DNA of 63,616 nt, the filler included, from Chiloscyllium plagiosum (lineage: Eukaryota), in NCBI RefSeq assembly GCF_004010195.1. It is 4 parts of one record of this genome, joined end to end, with 100 filler letters (N's around TTAATTAATTAA, not from the genome) between each part and the next. Parts side by side here need not be neighbours in the genome. Positions count along the whole stretch, not along the records: positions 29,267 to 54,477 come from NC_057713.1; positions 54,578 to 63,616 come from NC_057713.1; 2 more parts are not named here. One strand, 5' to 3'. The notes beneath the pieces are model-generated. The model was not told the DNA's origin and did no database searches. It saw only the letters and a program-made list of their open reading frames with translations. This document shows, one piece after another, positions 49,020 through 61,712 of the stretch. The position numbers were made by a program, and so were the translations under genes. The first letter of the stretch is position 1, and every line of letters starts with the position of its first letter.

Positions 49020-51717
49020 TTACAAATGCTACAGGAAGAACAGAAAGGGAGGCAAGAGAGGAGGGGGAATGATATTTTTGATAAGGGATATAATTACAGC
49101 TGTACTTAGGGAGGATATTCCTGGAAATACATCCAAGGAAATTATTTGGAAGGAACTGAGAAATAAGAAAGGGATGATCACCTTATTGGGATTTTATTAT
49201 AGACCCCTAATAGTCAGAGGGAAATTGAGAAACAAATTTGTAAGGAGATCTGTAAGAATAATACGGTGATTATGTTAGGGGATTTTAACATTCCAAATAC
49301 AGATTGGGACTGCCATAGTGTTAAGGGTTTAGATGGAGAGGCATTTGTTAAGTGTGTACAATAATATTTTGATTCAGTATGTGGATGTACCTACTAGAGA
49401 AGGTGCAAAACTTGACCTACTCTTGGGAAATAAGGCAGGGCAGGTGACTGAGGTGTCCGGGGCAGGGGGGGGCGGGGGAGCACTTTGGGGCCAGTGACCA
49501 TAATTCTTTAGATTTAAAATAATGATGGAAAAGGATAGACCAGATCTAAAAGTTGAAGTTCTACATTTGAGGAAGGCCAATTTTGACGGTATTAGGCAAG
49601 AACTTTCAAAAGCTGATTGGGCACAGATATTCTCAGGTAAACAGACGGCTAGAAAATGGGAAGCTTTCAGAAATGAGATAACGAGAATCCAGAGAAAGTA
49701 TATTTCTGTTAAGGTGAAAGGAAAGGCTGGTAGGAATAGGGAATGCTGGATGACTAAAGAAAAAGGAGGAAACATGTGTCAGGTATAGACAAGATAGATC
49801 GAGTGAATCATTTGAAGAGTATAAAGGCAGTAGGAAAATCAGGAGGGCAAAAAGGGACATGAGATAACTTTGGTAAATAGTATTAAGGAGAAGCCAAAGG
49901 GTTTTTGCAAATACATTAAGGACAAAAGGGTAGCGAGAGAGAGTGGGGCCCCTCAAAGATCAGCAAGGTGGGCTTTGTGTGGAGCTGCAGGCAATGGGGC
50001 AGATACTAAATGTGTATTTTGCATCAGTATTTATTGTGTAAAAGGACATGGAAGTTATAGAATGTAGGGAAATAGATGGTGACATCTTGAAAAATGCCCA
50101 TATTACAGAGGAGAAAGTGCTGGATGTCTTGAAACGCATAAAAGCGGATAGATCCCCAGGATCTGATCTGGTGTACCCTAGAAACCTGTGGGAAGCTGGG
50201 TAAGTGATTGTGGGGCCTCTTACTGAGATATTTGTATCATTGATAGTCACAGGTGAGGTGCCGGAAGACAGGAGGTTGGCTAATGTAGTGCCACTGCTTA
50301 AGAAAGGTGATAAGAACAAGCCAGGGAACTATAGACCAGTGAGCCTGACGTCGGTGGTGGGTAAGTTGTTGGAGGGAATCCTGAGGGACAGGATGTACAT
50401 GTATTTGAAAAGGCAAGGACTGATTATGAATAATCAACATGGCTTTGTGCGTGGGAAATCATGTCTCACAAACTTGATTGAGTTTTTTGAAGAAGTAACA
50501 AAGAGGATTGATGAGGGCAGAGCAGTAGATGCGATCTATATGGACTTCAGTAAGGCATTTGACAAGGTTCCCCATTGGAGACTGGTGAGCAAGGTTAGAT
50601 CTCATGGAATACAGGGAGAACTTGCCATTTGGATACAGAAGTGGCTCAAAAGTAAAGACAGAGGGTGGTGTTGGTGGAGGGTTGTTTTTCAGACTGGAGG
50701 CCTGTGAGCAGTGGAGTGCCACAAGGATCAGTGCTGGGTCCACTTCTTTTCACTACTTATAGAAATGATTTGGATGTGAGCATAAAGAGGTATAGTTAGT
50801 AAGTAAGTTCGTTGATGACACCAAAATTGGAGATGTAGTGGACAGCAAAGAAAATTACCTCAGATTACAACGGGATCTTGATCAGATTGGCCAATAGGCT
50901 GAGAAGTGGCAGATGGAGTTTAATTTAGATAAATGTGAGGTGCTGCATTTTGGCAAGGCAATTCTTAGCAGGACTTATACACTTAATGGTAAGGTCCTAG
51001 GGAGTGTTGCTGAACAAAGAGACCTTGGAGTGCAGGTTCATAGCTCCTTGAAAGTGGAGTCGCAGGTAGATAGGATAGTGAAGGCGGCATTTGGTATGCT
51101 TTCCTTTGTTGGTCAGAGTATTGAGTACAGGAGTTGGGAGGTCATGTTGCGGCTGTGCAGGACATTGGTTAGGCCACTGTTGGACTATTGCGTGAAATTC
51201 TCGTCTCCTTCCTATCGGCAAGTTGTGGTGAAACTTGAAAGGGTTCAGAAAAGATTTACAAGGATGTTCCAGAGTTGGAAGATTTGAGCTATAGGAAGAG
51301 GTTGAATAGGCTGGGGCTGTTTTCCCTGGAGGCTGAGGGGTGTCATTATAGAGGTTTACATAATTATGAGGGGTATCAATAGGATAAATAGACAAAGTCT
51401 TTTCCCTGGGGTGGGGGAGTCCAGAACTAGAGGGCATAGGTTCAGGGTGAGAGGGGAAAGATATAATAGAGACCCAAGGGGCAACATTTTCACTCAGAGG
51501 GTGGTATGTGTTTGGAATGAGCTGCCAGAGGAAGTGGTGGAGACTGGTACGATCACAACATCTAAAAGACATCTGGATGGGTATATGAATAGGATGGGTT
51601 TGGAGGAATATGGGCCAGATCCTGGCAGGTGGGACCAGATTGGGTTGGGATATCTGGTCGGCATGTATGGGTTGGACCAAAGGGTCTGTTTCCATGCTGT
51701 ACATCTCTATGACTCTA
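49020..51717 (+). mobile_element. 5'-truncated HER1/CR1 LINE: most of ORF2 plus 3'UTR, frameshifted
   Basis: [45 protein letters not shown]; ends ctctatgactct. Confidence 0.95.
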
Positions 51718-51959
51718 ATCAATCCTGGAGCACTCACTCTAATGGCACTGTGGATGCTGTGATTCAAGACAGCTCACCATCACCTTCTTAAGGACAATTC
51801 AGGATGATCTTTGTTCGCTCCTGTAACATTAGAACTAGAGATAAATCACGTAGCAATGCAAGATTCCACAGAGGTTTATTATAGCTCCTGGTATCTACAT
51901 TTTTACGATAATCACAGGCACTGATGTGCCTGTGTTGCATGCGTCCCTCAGTGTATCCT

Positions 51960-53660
51960 AAGACATAGAAGCAGAAATTAGGCCATTTTGTACAATGGGT
52001 CTGTTCCACCATTCAATCATGGCTGTTAAGTTTCTCAACCCCATTCTTCCCGTAACCTTGGATCCCCTTAACAATCAAGAACCTGTCGATCTCTCTTCAA
52101 TATTCTCAATGAACAAGCCTCCACAGCCTTCTGTGGCAATGAATTCCAAAGACTCACCACTCCCTTGCTGAAGGAAGTTGCTCATTTCCATTCCAAAGGA
52201 TCTTCCCTTTTGTCCAAGGCTGTGCCTCAGGTCCTAGTCTCTCCTGCTAATGTAAATATCTTTCCAACATCTACTCTGTCACGACATTTCAGTGTTCTCT
52301 AAGTTTCCGTTAGATCCCCACATTCTTCTAAACTCTAACAAGTATCAACCCAGAGTCCTCATATGCTAAGCCCATCATCCCTGGGATCATTCTTGTGGGG
52401 CTCCAGGGCCAGTACATCCTTCCTGAGAAATGGGGTCCAACATTGCTCACAATATTCTAAATATGGTCTGATCTGCTTTTATATTCTTGTCCTCTCAAAA
52501 TAAGTGCCAACATTGCATCTGCCTTCCTAACTACCAACTCAACCTGTAAGTTAACCTTCAGAGAAACCTAAGACTCTCAAGTTCCTTTGGATTTGAATTT
52601 TATCACCATTTAGAAATTAGTCCATGTCTCTATTCTTCCTACCAAAGTACACGAACTCTCACTTTCCACATTGTATTCCACCTGCCGCTACTTTGTCCAC
52701 TTTCCTCAACTGTCTCAATCCTTCTGCAGCCTCCCCGCCTCAACAGTACCTGTCCCTCCTTGCCAGAATCTGCAAACCTAGCCAGAATGCCTTCAATTCC
52801 TACATCTAGATCATTAACATACAAAGTGAAGAGTTGTGGTCCCAACACCAATAGTCACCAACTGTCATCCCAAAGAGGACCCTTTTATCCCCACCCTCTG
52901 GTTTCTCCCAGACAGCCAAGCTTCTATCTATTTATGCGAGCACCTTGCCTCTAACATCATGAGCTCTTGCCTTACCCAGCGGCCTCCTATGGGGCAAATT
53001 GTCAAAGGCCTTCTGGAAGTCCAAGTAGATAACACCCATTGGCTCTCCTTTGTCTAACCTGCTCATTAGCTCCACAAAAAACTTTAACAGATTTATCAGG
53101 CATGACTTTGCCTTGATGAAAATAGGCTTTGCCCTATTTTACCATGCACTTCCAAGAATTCAGGAATCTCATCCTTCACAGTGGACTCCAAAATCTTAAC
53201 AACTGAGGTCAGGCTAATGGGCTACTAACTTCCCATCTTTTGCCTCATGCCCTTCTTAAACAGGAGGCTTACATTAGTGATTTGCCAGTCTACTGAGACC
53301 TTCCCTGACTCCTGAAAGATCACCAATAACGTCTCCACTATCTCTTCAGCTATCTCCTTCAGGACTCGGGTGCAGTCCATCTGGTCCAGGTGATTTCTCC
53401 ACTTTCATACCTTTCAGGTTTTCTAGCACCTTCTCCTTGGTGATGGCCACCATACTCGCCCGAGCCCCGACTCTCGAATTTTTGGAATGTTACTCACACA
53501 AGAAGACTGACGCAAAGCACTTGTTCAGTTCCTCTGCCATTTCTTTGTTCCCCATTACTACTTCGCTAATGTCATTTTACAGCAGCCCAATGTCCACTTC
53601 TGCCTCTCTTTTGCCCTTTCTTTATTTAAAGAAACTCTTGTAATCTTCTTTTAGATTCCA
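51960..53660 (-). mobile_element. Older CR1 subfamily, RT plus 3'UTR
   Basis: VLGPQLFTLYVNDLD...ARFAD; 3'UTR gacatagaagcagaaattaggccatt. Confidence 0.85.
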
Positions 53661-54477
53661 AGGTCAGGCTCACTGGTCTATAGTCCCCTGACTTGTCTTT
53701 ACTGCCCTTCTTAAACAGTGGCACCATGTTTACCAACCTCCAGTCTTCCAGCACCTCACCTGTGACCATCAATGATACAAATATCTCAGCAAGAGGCCCA
53801 GCAATCACTTCTCTAGCTTCACACAGAGTTCTCGGGTACACCTGATCAGGTCCTGGGGATTTATCCACTTTTAACTGTTTCAAGACATCCAGCACTTCCT
53901 CCTCTGTAATATGGACATTTTACAAGATGTCACCATCTTTTTCCCTACAGTCTATATCTTCCATATCCTTTTCCACAGTAAATACTGATGCAAAATATTC
54001 ATTTAGTACCTCCCATATTTTCTGTGGCTCCACACAAAGGCCGCCTTGCTGATCTTTGAGGGGCCCTATTCTCTCCCTAGTTACCCTTTTGTCCTTAATA
54101 TATTTGTAAAAACCCTTTGGATTCTCCTTAATTCTATTTGCCAAAGCTATCTCATGTTCCCGTTTTGCCCTCCTGATTTCCCTCTTAAGTATACTCCTAC
54201 TTTCTTTACACACTTCTAAGGATTCACTCGATCTATCCTGTCTATAACTTACATATGGTTCCTTCTTTCTCTTAACTAAACCCTCAATTTCTTTAGTCAT
54301 CCAGCATTCCCTATACCTACCAGCCTTTCCTTTCACCCTGACAGGAATTTACTTTCTCTGGATTCTTGTTATCTCATTTCTGAAGGCTTCCCTATTTCCA
54401 GCCGTCCCTTTACCTGCGCACATTCGCCTCCAACCAGCTTTTGAAAGTTCTTGCCTAATACCGTCAAAATTGGCCTT
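53661..54477 (-). mobile_element. HER1/CR1 ORF2 fragment running into a gap
   Basis: KENPKGFYKYI, YFASVFT, KSPGPDQVYPR, DYRPVSLT. Confidence 0.93.
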
Positions 54478-54577
54478 NNNNNNNNNNNNNNNNNNNNNNN
54501 NNNNNNNNNNNNNNNNNNNNNTTAATTAATTAANNNNNNNNNNNNNNNNNNNNNNNNNNNNNNNNNNNNNNNNNNNN
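54478..54577. other. 100-bp placeholder gap with TTAATTAATTAA spacer
   Basis: N44-ttaattaattaa-N44. Confidence 0.97.
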
Positions 54578-54790
54578 ACTCACCTATTGTACTCTATGCT
54601 ACTTTATCCCCACCACCACCCTCCTCTAGCTTATCTCTCCATGCTTCATGCTCTCTGCCTGTGTTCCTGATGAAGGGCTTTTGCCCGAAACATCGATTTT
54701 ACTGATCCCCGGATGCTGCCTGAACTGCTGTGCTCTTCCAGCACCACTAATCCAGAATCTGGTTTCCAGCATCTGTAGTCATTGTTTTTA
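54578..54790 (+). mobile_element. PLE pLTR with tail, next to a gap; hammerhead at 54663-54698
   Basis: GUUC-CUGAUGA-A-GGGC uuuu GCCC-GAAA-CA-UC-GAUU; downstream sequence matches 14030-14129. Confidence 0.88.
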
Positions 54791-55029
54791 TTTGCATGTG
54801 TGAGCAAGCCTAATCATTAAATTTATTTCCACTTGTCAGCTGGCTGACATACTGCAATTTGCACTTGAATGATGAGACTCTCTGAGCCCATGACAGAAGA
54901 ACTTCTCTTCATTAATTGGGAACTCTTTTTCATTCCAGTCAGTCTTTCTCAGTAAGTGTTTTACTCAGAGTCCCTTTTCAAGTCTAGTGAGAAATAATGA
55001 GAACTTTGTATGATTATGCCCCAGTGGAT

Positions 55030-56700
55030 TGAAAAGAACACAAATGTAACACCTTTGTTGAAGAAGCAGGAAGGTATAGGCCAGTTAGTTTAACATCTGT
55101 CACTGGGGGGATGGTACCATCTATTATTAGACGTAATGCCAAGATAGTTAGAAAATCATATAACAATCAAACTTAGTCAACCTAGCTTTGTGCAAGTAAT
55201 GCTGTTTTTAATTAATTTTGATGTTCTTTAAGAATGCAACAACTAGAATGGATAAAGGGGAACTAGGAAATGTAATGTACAATATTTCAATTTCAAATAT
55301 TGGATAAGCTGCCAATTAAAATGTTAATACCCAAGATAAAAACTTATGGTAGTACTGATAATATTTTAGCACGGATAGAGGACTGGTCAACTAACAGGAA
55401 ACAGGGACTTAGGACAAATGGATAGCTTTAAGAATGACACTGTGTAATGAGTGGAGTGCCAGAGGATCAGTTTTAGTCTGTCAACTATTTATAATCTGTA
55501 TCAATGACTTGGGTTAAGGGGCTGAATATATTGTAGCCAGATTTGCCAACTGTGCAAATATATAAGGAAGGATATAGTGACACGAGAGGGGGTGCAGAGG
55601 AGGTTCACAATGTTGATTCCAAAGTTGAGGTAGTTAGCTTATGAGGACAGACTGAGTAGACTGGGGTTATATTTATTGGAATTTAGAAGATCGGCTTGGA
55701 GGGATCTTATAAAAAATATGTAAAATTATGAAGGGAATAGATAGGATAGAAGTAGAAAGGATGTTTCCACTGGCGGGTGAAACAAGGACAACAGGGCATA
55801 GCCTCAAAATTAGGGAAGCAGATTTAGGACCGAGTTGAGAAGGAGCTTCTTCACCCAGAAAATTATGAATCTTTGGAATTCATGCTCGTGAGGTAGTTGA
55901 GACTCCTTACTGAGTGTTTTTAAAGCTAAGACTGATAATTTTTTGAATAGTAAAGGATTTAAGGGTAATGGTAAGAGGGTGGGTAAGTGAAACTGAGACC
56001 ATGAGAAGGTCTTATTGAATGGCAGAGCGGGCTCCCTACTGCGAATCCTCTTGCAAGGATGCCTGCCTTGAAGAAGTCCTTGGATGCTGCCTGAACTGCT
56101 GTGCTCTTCCAGCACCACTAATCCAGAATCTGGTTTCCAGCATCTGCAGTCATTGTTTTTACCTCAAAGGACCAGATGGCCTACTCCTGCTCTTGGTATT
56201 TATGGGGTTCTTACAAGTGAAACAGAAGTTGTGAAAAGGATACAAAGAGTCTGCAAAAGGATTTTAAAAGATGAAATGAATAGGTAAACATTTTGGCAGA
56301 TGGAGTATAATGTGGGAAATTTAAAGTTGTCCACTTTGGTAGAAAGAGTAGAAAGCTCAAATATTATCTGTATTTAGTCAAGCTGTAGAAAGCCACAGTG
56401 CAGAGAGACTTGGTTAACCTTATACGTGAGTCACATAAAGTTAGTGTGGCAGTACAGCAAATAATTAGGACAGCAAATGGAATGTTGTTTTTTTATTGCA
56501 AGGGTGATGAAGTCTAAAAAAAGAAATGTCTTGTTACGACTGTACAGGGTGTTGGTGAAGCCACACTGGAATACTGTGTACAATTTTGCTCCGTTTTTAT
56601 GGAAGATATAAAGACATTGGAGGCAGTTTAAAAGATATTCTCTAGTCTGATTCCTGGGTTGAAGGGGTTGATGTCAAAAATGGCTAAACAAGTTAGGTCT
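55030..56700 (+). mobile_element. Nested insertions: old CR1 RT, containing a CR1 3' piece (~55575-56215), containing a PLE fragment (~56033-56163)
   Basis: tataggccagttagtttaacatc (YRPVSLT); 3'UTR ttgaatggcagagcgggctc...aaaggaccagatggcctactcctgctc split by pLTR sequence. Confidence 0.75.
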
Positions 56701-56906
56701 TGCCAAACTTGCCTCAGTAACTACTTGCCTGCCCCGTGAAATCCCTCACATTTAATTTCATCCCTATCTCATGAAGTGCCATTTGCTAGTTGTATTGGAA
56801 TTTATCGGCATCATTTGCACACACTTTAACTCTAAAGGCTATTGTTCTTCCAGAGAAGTATTATCAGTTTGGAATCACCCTGCATGGTTGCTGACAACTG
56901 CCCCAG

Positions 56907-57140
56907 ATATGGCACATAGGGGGAAAATCAAAATCCCACTTTGTAAACTGGGACCTGCCGGTCCTGCTGAATAGGCTGCTGCACAGGTGGGTCATCCACC
57001 TACCCCAGGACCAGCAGTAGAGGCCAGGGAACTAGACCACGCCATCCTGTTCCAAAGTTACCATCTTGAGGTAAGGAAGTCTCAACCATCTGGAGGAATG
57101 CTCAGCAAAGTACAAAGAAGGTAATATTCTCCACTGTGCC
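56907..57140 (+). pseudogene. Second decayed Harbinger-type Myb/SANT exon
   Basis: ...LPQDQQ*RP...TTPSCSKV...STIWRNAQQSTKKV..ttctccactgtgcc parallels the 30940-31175 remnant. Confidence 0.5.
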
Positions 57141-58699
57141 GGTGTAGTTGCTGTCATCATCCCTCTGCTATCTCACACTCACTCTGACTTTGCTACTGCA
57201 CCACTTTTCACCAAAGTTCACATTCTACCATGTTTAGAATTGTCTACAACATCTTCCCTCACTCACTGTGACCACTCCAAAAACCAAGAATACCAATCCT
57301 CTGTGTTGCCTGCTCACTCTGTTGGGACTCTTCACCACCTGCACCAGAAGTATACTCTGGGCCATACACTCTCATCTCTTGTAATAGCTGGCTCTCACTT
57401 ATTCCAAGAGAAAAACAGCACAGAGTTGGACAGAAAGAGTCAGAGCTGCCCAATGTTTGGCTCCTCTCTTACATGGCAAGTATCCTTTTCCGACTGGTAT
57501 TGGGTTTGCCCTTGACTTGGTGTGCTGGGATCTCCTGGGCTAATGCTATTCCCTTGACTTGACAGAGGCCTCTTGACAACCATGACAAGCTTCCTTACCT
57601 TGTGTCTACACTAAATAGCAAGGCAGAACAGATGTAATATGAGCCTGGTAACTTTAGATAAGTGTGCAAAGCATAAAAAGGCAAGTTGATGCAAGGCAGG
57701 GATGCTGTGAGTGAGTGAACATGATGATAGTGAGCAAAAGACCAGAGATGCAGAATGGTCCAGTCCATCAGATGTGTTCTTTCCTTGAACACAGTGTCCT
57801 TGCAGCAGTATTACAATGATCAATGTCGAGGTACAGCATTGAAGTACAGAAGCATGCTATAAGTGGATAGGAGATGTGCTATGATAGTTCCTCGAAACTG
57901 GTGTATAGTGTATGCCAATGTCCATGGACATTGGGTGGATGTAGCTACTGCCCATGGAATGTGTTCTGAGATATTGATGGCTTGTGTCCAATATGAAGGT
58001 CATTCAGAACAAGTGATGAGCTAAATCTGCTAAGTACCTATTCTGGGTTTCCACATTGTGTTTCTCAACCTTTAGCTTGTTTGGTAAGTTTGGTCAGGTA
58101 TAAAGCTGAATATTAATGATGTAAGATGGACCATTAATGAGGTGTTAAGCAAACAATAATCTGCCTTAATTGGCAACATGCCACTGCCTAGCATGAAACT
58201 CACCATGCTGCTTGTGAAAAGTCCAAAAGCTGGAGCAAGTTGTAGTCAATGTCAAGATTGCAGACTTCTCATCTGATTCTGTCACACATCTTTCCATATC
58301 CCATGTCACTCAGACCTTTGTATGGTTCTGCCCTTAGCAACATAATAAGGGGATACTCACTTAAAACTGAGATGTGATGGAATTTCTTCTCCCAGTGGGT
58401 AATGAAGATCTGTGGAGTTTAGATCACTGGAAGTATTTAAAGAGGAGAAATATTGAATTCTGAAATTGGGGTGTTGAAGGTTATGATGAATTGCCATGAA
58501 AGAGGAATTGAGGCCTGGGGCAGTTCAGCCATGATCTTGTTGAGTGGCAGAACAGGTTTGAAGGGCCAAATGGCCTACTCTGCTCACTATTTTTTATGTT
58601 CTTATGTTTTAACACTCCTGCCAAAAACCAAATACAAGCAATATTGAAGAGTGTTAATGGAATGGAGCATTTATTGTATTAACAGCAGGAAAAGTCATG

Positions 58700-60060
58700 A
58701 TTCTAATGTTATCCGCAACATCAAAACTCAGCCATTGAACTCTGGGTGGGGGACTTCAATGTTTATTACTAAGAGTGGTTTGATATAGCTATGTAGCTCT
58801 ATTACTGTCTGAGCTGGCTGAGTCCAGGATATAAATAGCCTTGGCCCAGGTAGTTGATGAGTGAACCAACATAGATGAAAGCTAATGTGATTCTTTGCTT
58901 GACTCAGATGCATCTGTCAATGTTAGAATGGATAGGAGTGATCACTTATGAAGACAACACCCTGTCTTCTCACTGAGAATGTCCTTCAAAATGTTGTGTG
59001 GCAAAACCATCTGATGAATTAGGATAAATTCAAAAGTAGCAGATCAAAATTGGATATCCATGAAGCACTGGAGGCCATCAACAGCAGCAGAGCTATATTT
59101 CATTACAATCTGCAATTATTATCGGCCTAACATATTCCTCATCCAACCATTACTATCAATCATGTGTGAAACTTAATCTAGTGAGGAGTTTAGAAGTGTA
59201 TCAAGTAGAAATAGGTGCATCTATGAGAGAGGAGTTAATCTTGGGAAGTTACAACACATGCACATGTAAAGAGCAGAAGCAACATGCTATGGACAATTCA
59301 ATGAAAAAATTTCACATGCAACATATTAAACTAAAACTCTGCAGACCTGTCAAGTTGAGTTGTGAATGGTGGTGAATAATTAAAATGCTAATACAAATCA
59401 TGGTGAAACCCAGCTTATGAGTGCAAAAGATAGGAAGTGTTGAAGTGTTTGCAACCATCTTCAGCTAGAATTGTTGAGTTGATAATATATCTCACCCTAC
59501 GCCTGGGATCCTCAGCATCACAGATGTCAGTCTTCAGACAGTTTGATTCACACCACATGAGATCAAGAAATAGCTGAAGGCACTGGATACAGCAAAGACC
59601 GTGAGTTTCAACACAATCCTAGCTGCAAGAATTAAAACTTGTGTTTTGATATTTGCTATGCCTCTGCAAACAATGTGCCATTTACCTGCCAGTGTCAAAA
59701 ATGCTTGGATCTGTCCTAACCACAAATACCAGGATGCAATTAATCTAGCCATTTATTGTCCCATCAGTTTAAGAGTTTGTTGGTGAACAGGTAGCATGTA
59801 ATAATAATAATGTTTTTATCAATATTCCATTAGGGCAATTTGTCTCCATAGCTCATTACAACTTTGGTTCAAACAATAATGAGAACTAAGTCCTAGACAT
59901 GAGGTGTCTGGGTGTGATTTCCCTTAACATCATTGCTTTATTTGACAGTGTGGAATCAAAAAATATCAAAAACAATTCAAGTCACTAGAAACTGTGGGCA
60001 AGACAGTCCATTGGCAATCCACTAGTACAAAGTATGGTGATTGTGATTGATGTAGGTGAA
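58700..60060 (+). mobile_element. Very old LINE (CR1/L2 group) EN-RT remnant
   Basis: tggggggacttcaatgt (GDFN); LKALDTAK; aatctagccatttattgtcccatcagt (NYRPIS-like). Confidence 0.55.
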
Positions 60061-60816
60061 ATCTTCACACTCTGTCCTTCTTCGGATCCCTTTCCCATTC
60101 CTCCATGCCCTCTGATAACACTCCACACTCTGTCCTTGGCAACTTCTTGCACTTGCTTGGCCCAAGCCTCCAGGCAAAGTGGCATTCTCCTGTTTCCCTC
60201 CTTTATACCTCAGAGTTCAACAAGGAAAACCACTGACCTCAGTCAAGACTGCACAAAGACAACTGTTACATACCACTTTTAAAGAAATGTGAACTGGGTG
60301 CCACAAGATTCCTGTGTGCTGCTGAATACATCTTGAAGGTGGAATGTATTTAAGTTTTGTACTAATAGTTGTTCATAAAATGCAAATATATTACAAGCGG
60401 GAAAGTGGCGCAGGTCAACCCATCACAAGGATACTGCTAACTTAGTCTCTGCATCTCAACCTGCCTGTAGAAAATCAAAATTTCGCTTCCCAACTACTTC
60501 ATGACCTCGCATACCAAACTTGCTGCATTCTGCTCTTCATAAAATCTGCAACTTCCCTGCTAACCCATGCACTACATGAACTGTTATATGAAGCATCAAT
60601 ACTGGGGAAGATCACTCTTAAACAAAAAGGTAAATGATATCCTCCACAATGCAACCCAACATCAATGTTTCTTTATAATACAAAAGGTGGTTACCCATCT
60701 TCCAATGTAACCTATTTAAAGAACATGTAAAGCTCAGTACATGTCAGTTAGACACCAATTTTATAAATGTAGGTCATAAGTGCTGGGCAAAGCTTGATTA
60801 TTGTGTTGAGTAAATA

Positions 60817-61712
60817 GAGTCACAAGGTCGTACAGTATGGAAACAGACTCTTCAGTGCAACCCATCCAAACTAAACTAGTCCCAACTGGCCATTTCCCTC
60901 CAAACCTTTCCTATTCATATACTTCTTCAAATATCTTTTAAATGTTGTAACTGTACCTGCATCCATCACTTCCTCTGGCAGTTAATTCCACACAATAACC
61001 ACTCTGTCTAAAAAGGTTGCCTCTCATTGTCCTTTTTAAATCTTTCTCCTCTCATCTTAAAGATATGTCCCCTAGTTTTGAACTTCCCCACCTAAGGAAA
61101 AATACCTTTGCTATTCATCTGGTCTATGTTCCTCATGATTTTATAAACCTCAATAAGGTCACCCTTCAACCTCCTACGCTCCTGTGAAAGAAGGCTCAGC
61201 CTTTCCAGACTACTTTTATAATACACAGCTTCCATTCCCAGTAACATCTTGGATAATATCCTTTCTATAACAGGGTGACCACAACAATACTCCACAAGAT
61301 GCCTCACCAACATCCTGTACAACCTTAACATAATGTCCCAGCTCCAGAAGACAAAGGTCTGATCAATGAAAGCAAGCATGCTAACCTCCTTCTTAACCAG
61401 CCTGTCTATCTGTGATGCAAGTTTCAAAGAATTATGGGCTTGAACTCTTATGTCTCTCTGCTCTACAACACTACCCAAGGAGATACAATTACTTGTATAA
61501 GTCATTCCCTTGTTTGTTTTACCAAACTACAATACCTCATATTTATCCAAATTAAACCACATCTGCCACTCTTCAGCCATTGACTTAGTTGATCAAGATC
61601 TCTTTGTAATCTTAGATAACCTTTTTCACTCTCCATATAACACCAATTTTGGTGTCATTCACAAACTTATTATCCATACCTTCTATATTCTCATCAAAAT
61701 CATTTATATAAG
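60817..61712 (-). mobile_element. HER1/CR1 3' fragment
   Basis: ORF 61092-61505 LYRMLVRHLVEYC...RRRLKGDLIEVYKIM. Confidence 0.88.

Noticed and set aside
50997..51767. Longest ORF (256 aa) and similar ORFs at 4178-4666 and 42286-42741
   Set aside because: Antisense shadow frames of CR1 ORF2/3'UTR, not host genes
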